A DNA stretch of 62,665 nt from an uncultured Chromatiales bacterium (GTDB lineage: Bacteria > Bacteroidota > Ignavibacteria > SZUA-365 > CAYQST01), in contig CAYUYM010000002.1 in assembly GCA_964449305.1 (NCBI GenBank), forward strand, positions 1 through 62,665. The letters run 5' to 3'. The position numbers were made by a program, and so were the translations under genes. Below the pieces are notes generated by a model. It did no database searches and had not been told where the DNA came from. It saw only the letters and a program-made list of their open reading frames with translations. Below are positions 18,451-28,200 of the stretch, in pieces. The stretch's first letter is position 1. Each line of letters starts with the position of its first letter.

Positions 18451-21400
18451 ATGATCCACGCCATCATCGATTTCTGCGCCCGCAACCGCTTCCTCGTGAT
18501 CGTGGCCTACCTCGTGGTGACCGGCTTCGGCATCTGGGCCGTGGCGACGACGCCCGTGGATGCGATCCCGGATCTGTCCGAGAACCAGGTGATCCTCTTC
18601 ACCGAGTGGATGGGCCGGTCGCCGCAGCTTGTGGAGGACCAGGTCACCTTCCCGCTTGTCACCGCGCTGCAGGGCATCGCCGATGTGCAGGCCGTGCGTG
18701 CGCAATCCATGTTCGGGATGTCCTTCGTCTACATCATCTTCAACGACAGGACGGACCAGTACTGGGCGCGGACGCGCGTGCTGGAGAAGCTCACCTCGGT
18801 GCAGGGCAGCCTCCCGCGCGATGCGAGGGTGCAGCTCGGCCCCGATGGCACGGGCGTGGGGCATGTGTACTGGTACACACTCGAGGGACCGCTCGACCTC
18901 GGCGAACTGCGCGCCATCCAGGACTGGTACGTGCGTCTTCATCTCCAGGGCGTGCAGGGCGTGGCCGAGGTCGCCTCCATCGGCGGCCACGTTCGGCAGT
19001 ACCAGGTGGATGTGGACCCGGCAAAACTGCGCTCCTTCGGTCTCTCCATCAGCGATGTGCGCACCGCCATCCTGCGCTCCAACAACGACGTGGGCGGCAA
19101 GCTCATCGAACAGGCGGATCAGGAGATGTTCATCCGCGGCCAGGCCTACATCTCGTCGCTTGCCGACATCGAGAACATCGCCATCAGGACAGGCGCGGCC
19201 GGAACCCCGGTGTTCATCCGCGACATCGCCACCGTGCAGACGGGGGGCGACATCCGACGTGGAGCGCTGGAAAAGAACGGGGAGGGGCAGGTGGTGGGTG
19301 GCGTGATCGTCGCCCGGTCGGGGGAGAATCCCCGTGAGGTGATCGAGCGTGTCCGCCGGCGCATCGCGGAGATCAGCCCCGGCCTGCCGCCGGGCGTGTC
19401 GATCCACACGGCCTACGACAGGAGCAGCCTCATTGATGCCGCCGTCGGCACGCTGGAGAAGGCGCTCATCGAGGCATCCATCGTCGTCACCATCATCGTT
19501 CTCATCTTTCTTCTGCATTTCCGCAGCGTGCTGCGCGTCATCATCGAGATCCCCGTGGCCGTGCTCATCGCCTTCATCTTCATGCATGTGCTCGGCATCA
19601 CGAGCAACCTCATGTCCCTCGGAGGCATCGTCATCGCCATCGGCGTCATTGTGGACGCCTCCATCGTGCTGGTGGAGAACGCGCACCGAACCGTGGCACG
19701 GGCACAGGAGGAGCGCGGGGAGCTCCGACCGCAGGACTACATCGAGCTGTCCATCCAGTCCGCCAGGCAGGTGGGCCCGGCCATCTTCTTCTCCGTGCTG
19801 ATCATGGTCGTCTCCTTCCTGCCGGTGTTCCTGCTCGAGGGGCAGGAGGGGAGGCTGTTCCATCCACTGGCGTGGACCAAGACCTTCGTCCTCCTCGGAT
19901 CGGCCATCATCGCCATCACGCTCGTGCCGGTGCTCATGACGCTGCTCACACGCGGTCGTTTCAGACCTGAACACCGCAATCCCGTCACCCGCGTTCTCAA
20001 CGCGCTCTATGCGCCGGTCATCCACTGGGTGCTGCGGCACCCCGCCATCACCATCGGCATCAACGTGCTGGCGCTGCTCATCACGGTGCCCATGGTGATG
20101 CGCACCGGGTCCGAGTTCATGCCGCCGCTGGATGAGGGCAGCCTGCTCTTCATGCCCGTCACACTCCCGTCGGCCTCCATCACCGAGGTCAACCGCATCC
20201 TCCAAGTGCAGGACGCCATCATCAGGTCCGTGCCGGAGGTGGAATCGGTGCTTGGCAAGACCGGCCGCGCGGAGACGGCCACCGACCCCGCGCCGGTGAG
20301 CATGATCGAGACCATCATCCTGCTGAAACCGCGCGACCAGTGGCGCCCCGGCGTCACGAAGGACGACATCATCGCGGAGCTCGACGCCCGCCTCCAGATT
20401 CCCGGCGTGCGCAACGGCTGGACGCAGCCCATCATCAACCGCATCAACATGCTGGCCACGGGCGTGCGCACGGATCTGGGTGTGAAGATCTTCGGCTCCA
20501 ACCTCGACACGCTCGAGATGCTCGCCGTGGAGGCCGAGAAGATCCTGCGCGACATCCCCGGTGCTGCGGATCTCTATGCCGAGCGCACCATCGGCGGCGT
20601 GTTTCTCGACATCGACATCGACCGTGATGCGGTGGCCCGCCTGGGTGTGACCACGGCCGATGTGCAGGACGTGATCGAGACGGCCATCGGCGGCGAGAAC
20701 ATCACGTCGGTGTACGACGGCCGGCGGCGCTTTCCGCTGCGTGTGCGCATCGCCCGCGAGTTGCGTGACAACATCGACGCCATCGCCAGCCTCCCCGTGC
20801 CGGTGAACGTGACCACTGCGGAGGCGGCCACCCCCACGGACGCCCCTCCCGCCGAACCGGCGGCTGCAGGCATGGGCGGCATGTCCATGGCGGGCGGCGG
20901 TGGCGGGGCACCGGCATCGGTCGCCGGGCCGGCGGCAGCCGCGGCGACGGGCGACGAGCGCATGACGGTGAGCAGCCGAGCCTACGTTCCGCTGTCCCAG
21001 CTTGCCACCATTCGCATGACACCGGGGCCGTCGATGATCTCGAGCGAGGACGCGAAGCTGCGTTCCATCGTGATGCTCAACGTCCGCGGCCGCGACATGG
21101 GTGGCTTCGTCACCGAGGCGCGCGAAAAGCTCGCCGGGGCGCTGAAGCTCCCCGCAGGCTACACCCTGCTGTGGAGCGGGCAGTGGGAGAACCAGCTCCG
21201 TGCCAGGGCCCGGCTGCAGGTGGTGATGCCCGTCGTGTTCCTCATTATTTTCGTGCTCCTCTATGTCATCACACGCGATTTTGTCGAGGCTGGCATCGTG
21301 ATGCTCTCTGTGCCCTTCGCCCTCGTTGGCGGGGTGTACTTCCTGTACGCGCTCGGCTTCAACTTTTCCGTGGCCGTGTGGGTGGGCTTCATCGCCCTCT

Positions 21401-21786
21401 ATGGCGTGGCCGTGGAGACCGGTGTGGTGATGGTCGTCTACCTGCACGAGGCGCTCGACCGCCGCATCCTGGCGCACAGGCGCGGCGAGCGGGGACCGCT
21501 GACGCAGGCCGACATCGATGAGGCCACGCGCGAAGGGTCCATCCTCCGCCTGCGGCCGAAGGTCATGACGGTGGGGACCTCCCTCATCGGCCTGATCCCC
21601 GTGATGTGGAGCACCGGCGTGGGCGCCGACATGATGAAACCGCTCGTCGCCCCCATGATCGGCGGCCTCATCACCTCCGCCGTGCATGTGCTCGTGGTCA
21701 CCCCCGTGCTTTTCAAGATCATGAAGTCGCGTGCCCTGAGGAAGGGCTCGCTCGAGCTCTCCAAGATGGCGGACTGGATGCGGTGA
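18451..21786 (+). CDS. cusA: CusA/CzcA family heavy-metal efflux RND permease (Cu/Ag type)
   Basis: DAIPDLSENQVI, NLMSLGGIVIAIGVIVDASIVLVEN, EFMPPLDEGSLLFMP, MIETII, RLRPKVMT. The Met pattern matches the CusA Cu(I) site. Confidence 0.95.
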   Translation: MIHAIIDFCARNRFLVIVAYLVVTGFGIWAVATTPVDAIPDLSENQVILFTEWMGRSPQLVEDQVTFPLVTALQGIADVQAVRAQSMFGMSFVYIIFNDRTDQYWARTRVLEKLTSVQGSLPRDARVQLGPDGTGVGHVYWYTLEGPLDLGELRAIQDWYVRLHLQGVQGVAEVASIGGHVRQYQVDVDPAKLRSFGLSISDVRTAILRSNNDVGGKLIEQADQEMFIRGQAYISSLADIENIAIRTGAAGTPVFIRDIATVQTGGDIRRGALEKNGEGQVVGGVIVARSGENPREVIERVRRRIAEISPGLPPGVSIHTAYDRSSLIDAAVGTLEKALIEASIVVTIIVLIFLLHFRSVLRVIIEIPVAVLIAFIFMHVLGITSNLMSLGGIVIAIGVIVDASIVLVENAHRTVARAQEERGELRPQDYIELSIQSARQVGPAIFFSVLIMVVSFLPVFLLEGQEGRLFHPLAWTKTFVLLGSAIIAITLVPVLMTLLTRGRFRPEHRNPVTRVLNALYAPVIHWVLRHPAITIGINVLALLITVPMVMRTGSEFMPPLDEGSLLFMPVTLPSASITEVNRILQVQDAIIRSVPEVESVLGKTGRAETATDPAPVSMIETIILLKPRDQWRPGVTKDDIIAELDARLQIPGVRNGWTQPIINRINMLATGVRTDLGVKIFGSNLDTLEMLAVEAEKILRDIPGAADLYAERTIGGVFLDIDIDRDAVARLGVTTADVQDVIETAIGGENITSVYDGRRRFPLRVRIARELRDNIDAIASLPVPVNVTTAEAATPTDAPPAEPAAAGMGGMSMAGGGGGAPASVAGPAAAAATGDERMTVSSRAYVPLSQLATIRMTPGPSMISSEDAKLRSIVMLNVRGRDMGGFVTEAREKLAGALKLPAGYTLLWSGQWENQLRARARLQVVMPVVFLIIFVLLYVITRDFVEAGIVMLSVPFALVGGVYFLYALGFNFSVAVWVGFIALYGVAVETGVVMVVYLHEALDRRILAHRRGERGPLTQADIDEATREGSILRLRPKVMTVGTSLIGLIPVMWSTGVGADMMKPLVAPMIGGLITSAVHVLVVTPVLFKIMKSRALRKGSLELSKMADWMR

Positions 21787-21802
21787 AACGGGGGATGCCC
21801 TC

Positions 21803-21824
21803 GCGTGCGGTTCCCTCCGCACGC
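21803..21824 (+). terminator. GC-rich hairpin after cusA (possible terminator or RNA-stabilising stem)
   Basis: GCGTGCGG-TTCCCT-CCGCACGC, an 8-bp stem with no U-tract. Confidence 0.3.
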
Positions 21825-21915
21825 TGGGGCACGCCACACATGTTGGAGGGAAGCGGCCATCCCGGTATTTTTCTCGTCGGAAATCGTTTGACTCATCAGC
21901 AGAGAAAGCTTCGAA

Positions 21916-23223
21916 GTGCATACACGAAACGTCTTCATGGAAACCTACGGCTGTCAGATGAACTTCGCGGACAGCGAGATCATCGCAGGCATCCTCCACG
22001 AGCACAACTTCCGGCAGTGCGGGGAGATCGAGACCGCGGATGTCATCTTCCTCAACACCTGTTCCATCCGCGAGCACGCCGAACAGCGCGTCTACGGGCG
22101 CCTGGAGAATCTCGGTCACCTGAAGCGGAGGAATCCGCGCCTCGTGGTGGGCATTCTCGGCTGCATGGCCGAGCGCCTGCGCCACGACCTCATCGAGGAG
22201 CGGCAACTGGTGGACATCGTCTGCGGGCCGGACGAATACCGCTCCCTGCCCGCGCTCATCGATCACGCCCTGCTTGGTGAGAAGGGCATCCGTGTGAAGC
22301 TGTCGCGGACGGAGACCTACGACGACATCATCCCGTAGCGCACCGCATCCAGCAGCGCCTGGCTGGCGGTGATGCGCGGCTGCGACAAGTTCTGTGCCTA
22401 TTGCGTCGTGCCCTACACCCGCGGGCGTGAACGCAGCCGCAACCTCGAATCCATCATCGCCGAGGTGCACCGGCTCGCGTCGGAGGGCGTCCGCGAGCTC
22501 ACCCTGCTCGGCCAGAACGTCAACTCCTACAACGACGAGGGCCGTGATTTTTCGGACCTGCTCGCCGCTGTCGCCGACGCGGAACCGGGCATGCGCATCC
22601 GCTTCACCACATCGCATCCGCAGGACATGTCCGACACGCTGATCGACACCATCGCCTCGCGCCGCAACCTGTGCAACACCATCCAGCTTCCGGTGCAGAG
22701 CGGCTCCAACCGCATTCTCGCCGCCATGAAACGCGACTACACCCGCGAGCACTACCGGGGCCTTGTGGAGAAGATCCGCGCCGCCATGCCGGACGCGACC
22801 ATCACCACCGATTTCATCGCCGGCTTCCCGGGTGAAACGGAGGAGGACCACGAGGACACGCTGGCGCTCATGCGCGAGGTCCGCTTCGATTCCGCCTTCA
22901 TGTTCAAGTACTCGCCGCGGGAGAACACCCGTGCGTGGGACTTCGGGGACGACGTCCCGGACGATGTGAAGACGCGCCGCCTCAACGACATCATCGTGCT
23001 GCAGCATCGGATCGCCCTCGAACGCAACCGCGCGATGATCGGCACCGAGGAGGAGATCCTGCTCGAGGGACCGAGCAGGCGCTCCGACGCGGACTGGGTG
23101 GGCCGCACCGACGGCAACAAACCCGTGATCGTGCCCTTCGACGGCTTCACCGCCGGGCAGCTTCTGCGCGTGCGCATCACGGATGCGAGCTCGGCCACGC
23201 TGTTCGGGGAGCTCCCCGCCTGA
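21916..23223 (+). CDS. miaB: tRNA methylthiotransferase MiaB, interrupted by a single in-frame TAG at 22336-22338
   Basis: 5' part is the UPF0004 domain (TYGCQMN, NTCSIRE, LGCMA). After TAG the same frame continues RTASSSAWLAVMRGCDKFCAYC (radical SAM CxxxCxxC), LLGQNVNSY, RFTTSHP, DFIAGFPGE, and a TRAM domain. The joined length is 435 codons. Confidence 0.93.
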
Positions 23224-23257
23224 CGCATCCCGGCCTGCGGGGGACATGGTTTTTTCG

Positions 23258-23265
23258 TACATTTG
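23258..23265 (+). promoter_or_regulatory. Bacteroidota-type -7 promoter box (TAnnTTTG)
   Basis: TACATTTG in the intergenic gap upstream of the sigma-54 activator. Confidence 0.5.
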
Positions 23266-23367
23266 ATGCCGGATCCATGCAAGGATTCATCCCCGTATCG
23301 TCATGACCCCAGCACCGCACCCAGCACTGAATCCTCCTCCATCCCGCACCACCGGGAGGCGTTTCTG

Positions 23368-24551
<1,184 letters not shown>

Positions 24552-24555
<4 letters not shown>

Positions 24556-25076
24556 CCAGCCGTTCAACGTCCCGCGTCCTTGTGCTGTGCTGCGTGGCTG
24601 CCGCCTGTGTTCTCATTGGAGCCGGCTGCAACTACTCCTTCACGGGAGCTGCGGTGCCACCACACTGGAAGTCCATCGCCATCCCCCTGTTCGAGGACGA
24701 AAGCGCCTTCGGGCAGCCATCGTTGCGGGAGAACCTCACGAACAGCCTCATCTCCAGGATCCAGCGCGACAACACGCTGCAGCTCGCCGACCGGCAGGCG
24801 GCCACGGTGGAGCTGAAGGGGCGCATCACAACCATCAACGCCGACAAACCCCTCGCCGTCGCACCCGGCGAGCAATCCTCCCGTCTCCAGGTGATAATCT
24901 CCGTAGCCGCGGAGCTCCTCGACAACACCACGAAAAAAACCGTCTGGACGAAGACGTTCCAGGCCACGGGCGAGTACAACGCCGCAGCCGGCGCCGTTGG
25001 TCGCGATGAAGGCATCCAGAAGGCCATCGACAAACTTTCGGATGATCTCTTGCTCGAAACCATGTCTTCTTGGTAA
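24552..25076 (+). CDS. lptE: LPS-assembly lipoprotein LptE
   Basis: Lipobox [20 protein letters not shown], terminal [11 protein letters not shown]. Synteny with the sigma-54 activator as in Bacteroidota. Confidence 0.85.
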
Positions 25077-25081
25077 ATTTG
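25074..25081 (+). promoter_or_regulatory. Possible -7 box overlapping the lptE stop codon
   Basis: TAAATTTG about 40 nt upstream of the GT2 start, in a locally AT-rich stretch. Confidence 0.3.
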
Positions 25082-25121
25082 TGTCTTGTTTTCTACACTC
25101 ATTGAGGTGGTGATTGAGATT

Positions 25122-26588
25122 ATGGAACATTTGATACTCGGTGCATATTTCGTCTGTCTTTCGATCCTGTTTTTGTTCAGCACCCATGGCTTCGTCATGG
25201 TGTACTACTACTTCAAGAACAAGGACAGGCGGCCCGCTCGGAAGGACGTGCTCGATGAGTATCCGATGGTGACGGTCCAGCTCCCTCTCTACAACGAGCT
25301 CTATGTGGTGGAACGGCTCATCGACGCCGTCTGCGACATCGAGTATCCGAGGGACAGGATGGAAATCCAGGTGCTTGATGATTCAACCGATGAAACGGTG
25401 GACCTCGTTGCGCGCCTCGTCGCCACAAAACGTCAGCTCGGCTTCGACATTGTCCAGGTGAGGCGTGATTCACGTGCCGGATTCAAGGCTGGAGCTCTTC
25501 GCGAGGGATTGAGCAGGGCGAAAGGCGAGTTCATCGCCATCTTCGACGCCGACTTTGTCCCCCGGAAAGAATTCCTGTCGGAAACAATGCGGCACTTCGT
25601 CAACGACTCCATCGGCATGGTGCAGACCCGCTGGGAACACCTCAACAACGACTATTCGGTGTTGACGCGCGCCCAGGCCATTGCGCTCGACGGGCACTTC
25701 GTCATCGAGCAGCAGGTGCGCAACAAGACGGATTTCTTCATCAACTTCAACGGCACCGCCGGCGTCTGGCGCAAGTCCTGCATCCTCGATGCCGGGAACT
25801 GGGAGGACGACACCATCACCGAGGATCTGGATCTGAGCTATCGCGCCCAGCTCAGGGGGTGGAAGTTCGTGTACCTCAACACCGTCACCTCCCCGGCTGA
25901 GCTGCCATCGGAAATCAACGCCCTGAAATCCCAGCAGTTCCGTTGGACCAAGGGCGCAATCGAGACGGCGAAGAAGATCCTCCCGCGCGTCTGGAAGGCG
26001 AAGCTCCCGTTCCGCGTCAAGCTCCAGAGCACCTTCCACCTCACCAACAACATCGTCTTTCCCTTCATTCTTCTGACAGGCATCCTCCAGGTCCCCCTCA
26101 TCTTCATCAAGCAGAGCGGGGAATACGAGACCTTCTTCCTCTTCATGTCCGTCTTCGTGCTCGCCTTCGTCGCATCCTTCCTCTTCTACCTGTACTCCCA
26201 GAAGGATGTGTATGCGGACTGGAAGAAACGCATCTTCCTGTTCCCGCTCTTCATGGCCGGATCCATGGGCTTCGCCGTGAACAATTCCAAGGCGGTGATC
26301 GAGGGCCTCATCAACAAGAAAAGCGCCTTCATCCGCACGCCGAAGTTCCGCATCGAAAAGGTGGGCGACAAGTGGCAGAACAAGAAGTACCGCGTCGGCG
26401 GGAAGCGCCGCGTCACCTTCTCCATCATCCTCGAGCTCGTTCTCGCCGCCTACTGCCTCATCGGCGTCGGCGCGTCGTTCTACTTTGTCGAGATCGCGGC
26501 CCTGCCGTTCCAGCTCATGTTCTTCTTCGGTTTCGCCATCGTCGGGTCCATGTCCATCCGACACGCGCTCTTCGCCGGCCATTCCTGA
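25122..26588 (+). CDS. Processive glycosyltransferase family 2 (cellulose-synthase-like)
   Basis: VTVQLPLYNE, QVLDDS, GFKAGAL, FDADF (DxD), TEDLDLS, QQFRW (QxxRW), with N- and C-terminal TM helices. Confidence 0.92.
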   Translation: MEHLILGAYFVCLSILFLFSTHGFVMVYYYFKNKDRRPARKDVLDEYPMVTVQLPLYNELYVVERLIDAVCDIEYPRDRMEIQVLDDSTDETVDLVARLVATKRQLGFDIVQVRRDSRAGFKAGALREGLSRAKGEFIAIFDADFVPRKEFLSETMRHFVNDSIGMVQTRWEHLNNDYSVLTRAQAIALDGHFVIEQQVRNKTDFFINFNGTAGVWRKSCILDAGNWEDDTITEDLDLSYRAQLRGWKFVYLNTVTSPAELPSEINALKSQQFRWTKGAIETAKKILPRVWKAKLPFRVKLQSTFHLTNNIVFPFILLTGILQVPLIFIKQSGEYETFFLFMSVFVLAFVASFLFYLYSQKDVYADWKKRIFLFPLFMAGSMGFAVNNSKAVIEGLINKKSAFIRTPKFRIEKVGDKWQNKKYRVGGKRRVTFSIILELVLAAYCLIGVGASFYFVEIAALPFQLMFFFGFAIVGSMSIRHALFAGHS

Positions 26589-26707
26589 TCGCCACGCGAT
26601 CCGCCTCCACCCCATCCGTCATCGGATCATGGTCACAGACGCTTTCCCCGCTGTCGGCTGCGATCCGATGATGCGTTTCGGACCCGCCCCCTCCCAAGGA
26701 CGACGCC

Positions 26708-27538
26708 ATGGATGACACCCTCGACAGACTCCGGCAGCAGCTCGCGGACGCCGCGCACTCCCCCGTGTTCGCGCGCCTCGCCGATGCCCTGCTCGACGCG
26801 GGGGAACTGCAGGAGGCGTGGGCCGTGTGCCGCGAGGGCATCCGCCTCCATCCACGCTATGTGACGGGCCACGTCGTCACAGCCAAGGCCGCAGCCTGCC
26901 TCGGCCGCTTTGCCGAGGCGCACGATCTGCTGCTCCAGGCCCTCGACATCCTGCCGCACTGCCCTGCGGCGCAGCGCCTGCTCGACGCCCTGCCGGACAT
27001 CGAGCTCCGTTTTCCCCAGCGCTCCCACAACGTCCTCCTCGACACGGAACGCCACCATCTCGCGGGCATCGAACGACCCCCGCCGCGCCGCCGCCCCCGC
27101 TCCGTCGGCAACCTTGCCCCCGACCGGCGCGAGCTCGCCCGCATCGCCGAGTCCATCCCGATGACGGTGGCACCGCCGGTGCCGCCGGACATCCTCATCC
27201 CGACCCCCGTGGAGGAGGACCATGCTCTCATGCCAGGTGGATCGGTGGAGGACAACCTTGAACACCTCGCCCAGGTGCTTGAGACGGCACGCATCCCCAT
27301 CGTGGAGGAGGATCCGGACACGCAGCCCCCAGAGGCACGGGGCGACTTCGGGCCCGACACCTCCCGCCGGCCCGCCACCGAGACGCTCGCATCCATCTAC
27401 CTGAAACAGGGGCGCGTGGAGCAGGCCATCGAGATCTACGAGATCCTGGCACGGCGTTCGCCGCAGCGCCGCCACGAATTCCACCAGCGCATCGAAGAAC
27501 TGCGCGCCATGCCGCCCGAAGGCGAGCTGGCGCCCTGA
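26708..27538 (+). CDS. TPR-containing hypothetical protein
   Basis: N-terminal TPR-like helices and a C-terminal TETLASIYLKQG..EQAIEIYE motif typical of the Bacteroidota gene downstream of lptE. Confidence 0.7.
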   Translation: MDDTLDRLRQQLADAAHSPVFARLADALLDAGELQEAWAVCREGIRLHPRYVTGHVVTAKAAACLGRFAEAHDLLLQALDILPHCPAAQRLLDALPDIELRFPQRSHNVLLDTERHHLAGIERPPPRRRPRSVGNLAPDRRELARIAESIPMTVAPPVPPDILIPTPVEEDHALMPGGSVEDNLEHLAQVLETARIPIVEEDPDTQPPEARGDFGPDTSRRPATETLASIYLKQGRVEQAIEIYEILARRSPQRRHEFHQRIEELRAMPPEGELAP

Positions 27539-27551
27539 CAAGGAGACCACC

Positions 27552-28094
27552 ATGCCCATCACCACATCCGACTCCGTCCTCCTCATCATCGACATCCAGG
27601 GCCGGCTCGCCCGCATCGTCCAGGATTCCGAGAAGCTCATCTCCAACGTGCGCATCCTTGTGCAGGGCATGAAGATCCTTGGCGTGCCCGTCATCGTCAC
27701 CGAGCAGTATCCGCAGGGCCTCGGGCACACCGTGGACGAGATCGCCCAGGAACTCGATGGGATCGATGTCATCGAGAAATCCGCCTTCAGTTGCTGCGGC
27801 GAGCCGGCCTTCATGAGTGCCCTCGCCGGGCTCGGCCGCCCCAATGTGCTGATGTGCGGCATCGAAACGCATGTCTGCGTGTACCAGACGGCCCGGGACC
27901 TTGTGGCCGCGGGCTACACCCCCCACCTCATCACCGATGCCGTCTCCAGCCGCTTTGCGGAAAACCGGACGCTCGGCGTGCATCGCATCGAGATGCTCGG
28001 AGGCGTGCTCACCGGCATGGAGATGGCGCTCTTTGAGCTCCTCCATGAATCCGGCACGCCACAGTTCAAGGCGATTTCCCGCCTTGTGAAATGA
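27552..28094 (+). CDS. Isochorismatase-family cysteine hydrolase
   Basis: LLIIDIQ, TEQYPQGLGHT, EKSAFSCC, GIETHVCVYQTA. AGGAG RBS. Confidence 0.92.
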   Translation: MPITTSDSVLLIIDIQGRLARIVQDSEKLISNVRILVQGMKILGVPVIVTEQYPQGLGHTVDEIAQELDGIDVIEKSAFSCCGEPAFMSALAGLGRPNVLMCGIETHVCVYQTARDLVAAGYTPHLITDAVSSRFAENRTLGVHRIEMLGGVLTGMEMALFELLHESGTPQFKAISRLVK

Positions 28095-28132
28095 CAACGG
28101 GGCGCTGGTGCGCCCCGGACATTGGAGGAAAC

Positions 28133-28168
28133 AAAAAAAAACGGGTTGATGCAGATCAACCCGTTTTT
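28133..28168. terminator. Bidirectional rho-independent terminator
   Basis: AAAAACGGGTTGAT-GCAG-ATCAACCCGTTTTT is a perfect 14-bp inverted repeat with A/T tracts on both sides, between convergent genes. Confidence 0.85.
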
Positions 28169-28200
28169 CGTGCAGCCTTGCGGATGTCACCCGATGGCGA

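Noticed and set aside
18391-23262. 1623-aa antisense ORF and other long shadow ORFs (e.g. 32494-35031 +, 46957-49038 +, 54894-56906 -, 1044-2567 -)
   Set aside because: They lie exactly opposite well-supported genes. High GC3 suppresses stops on the antisense strand, and the translations have no motifs.
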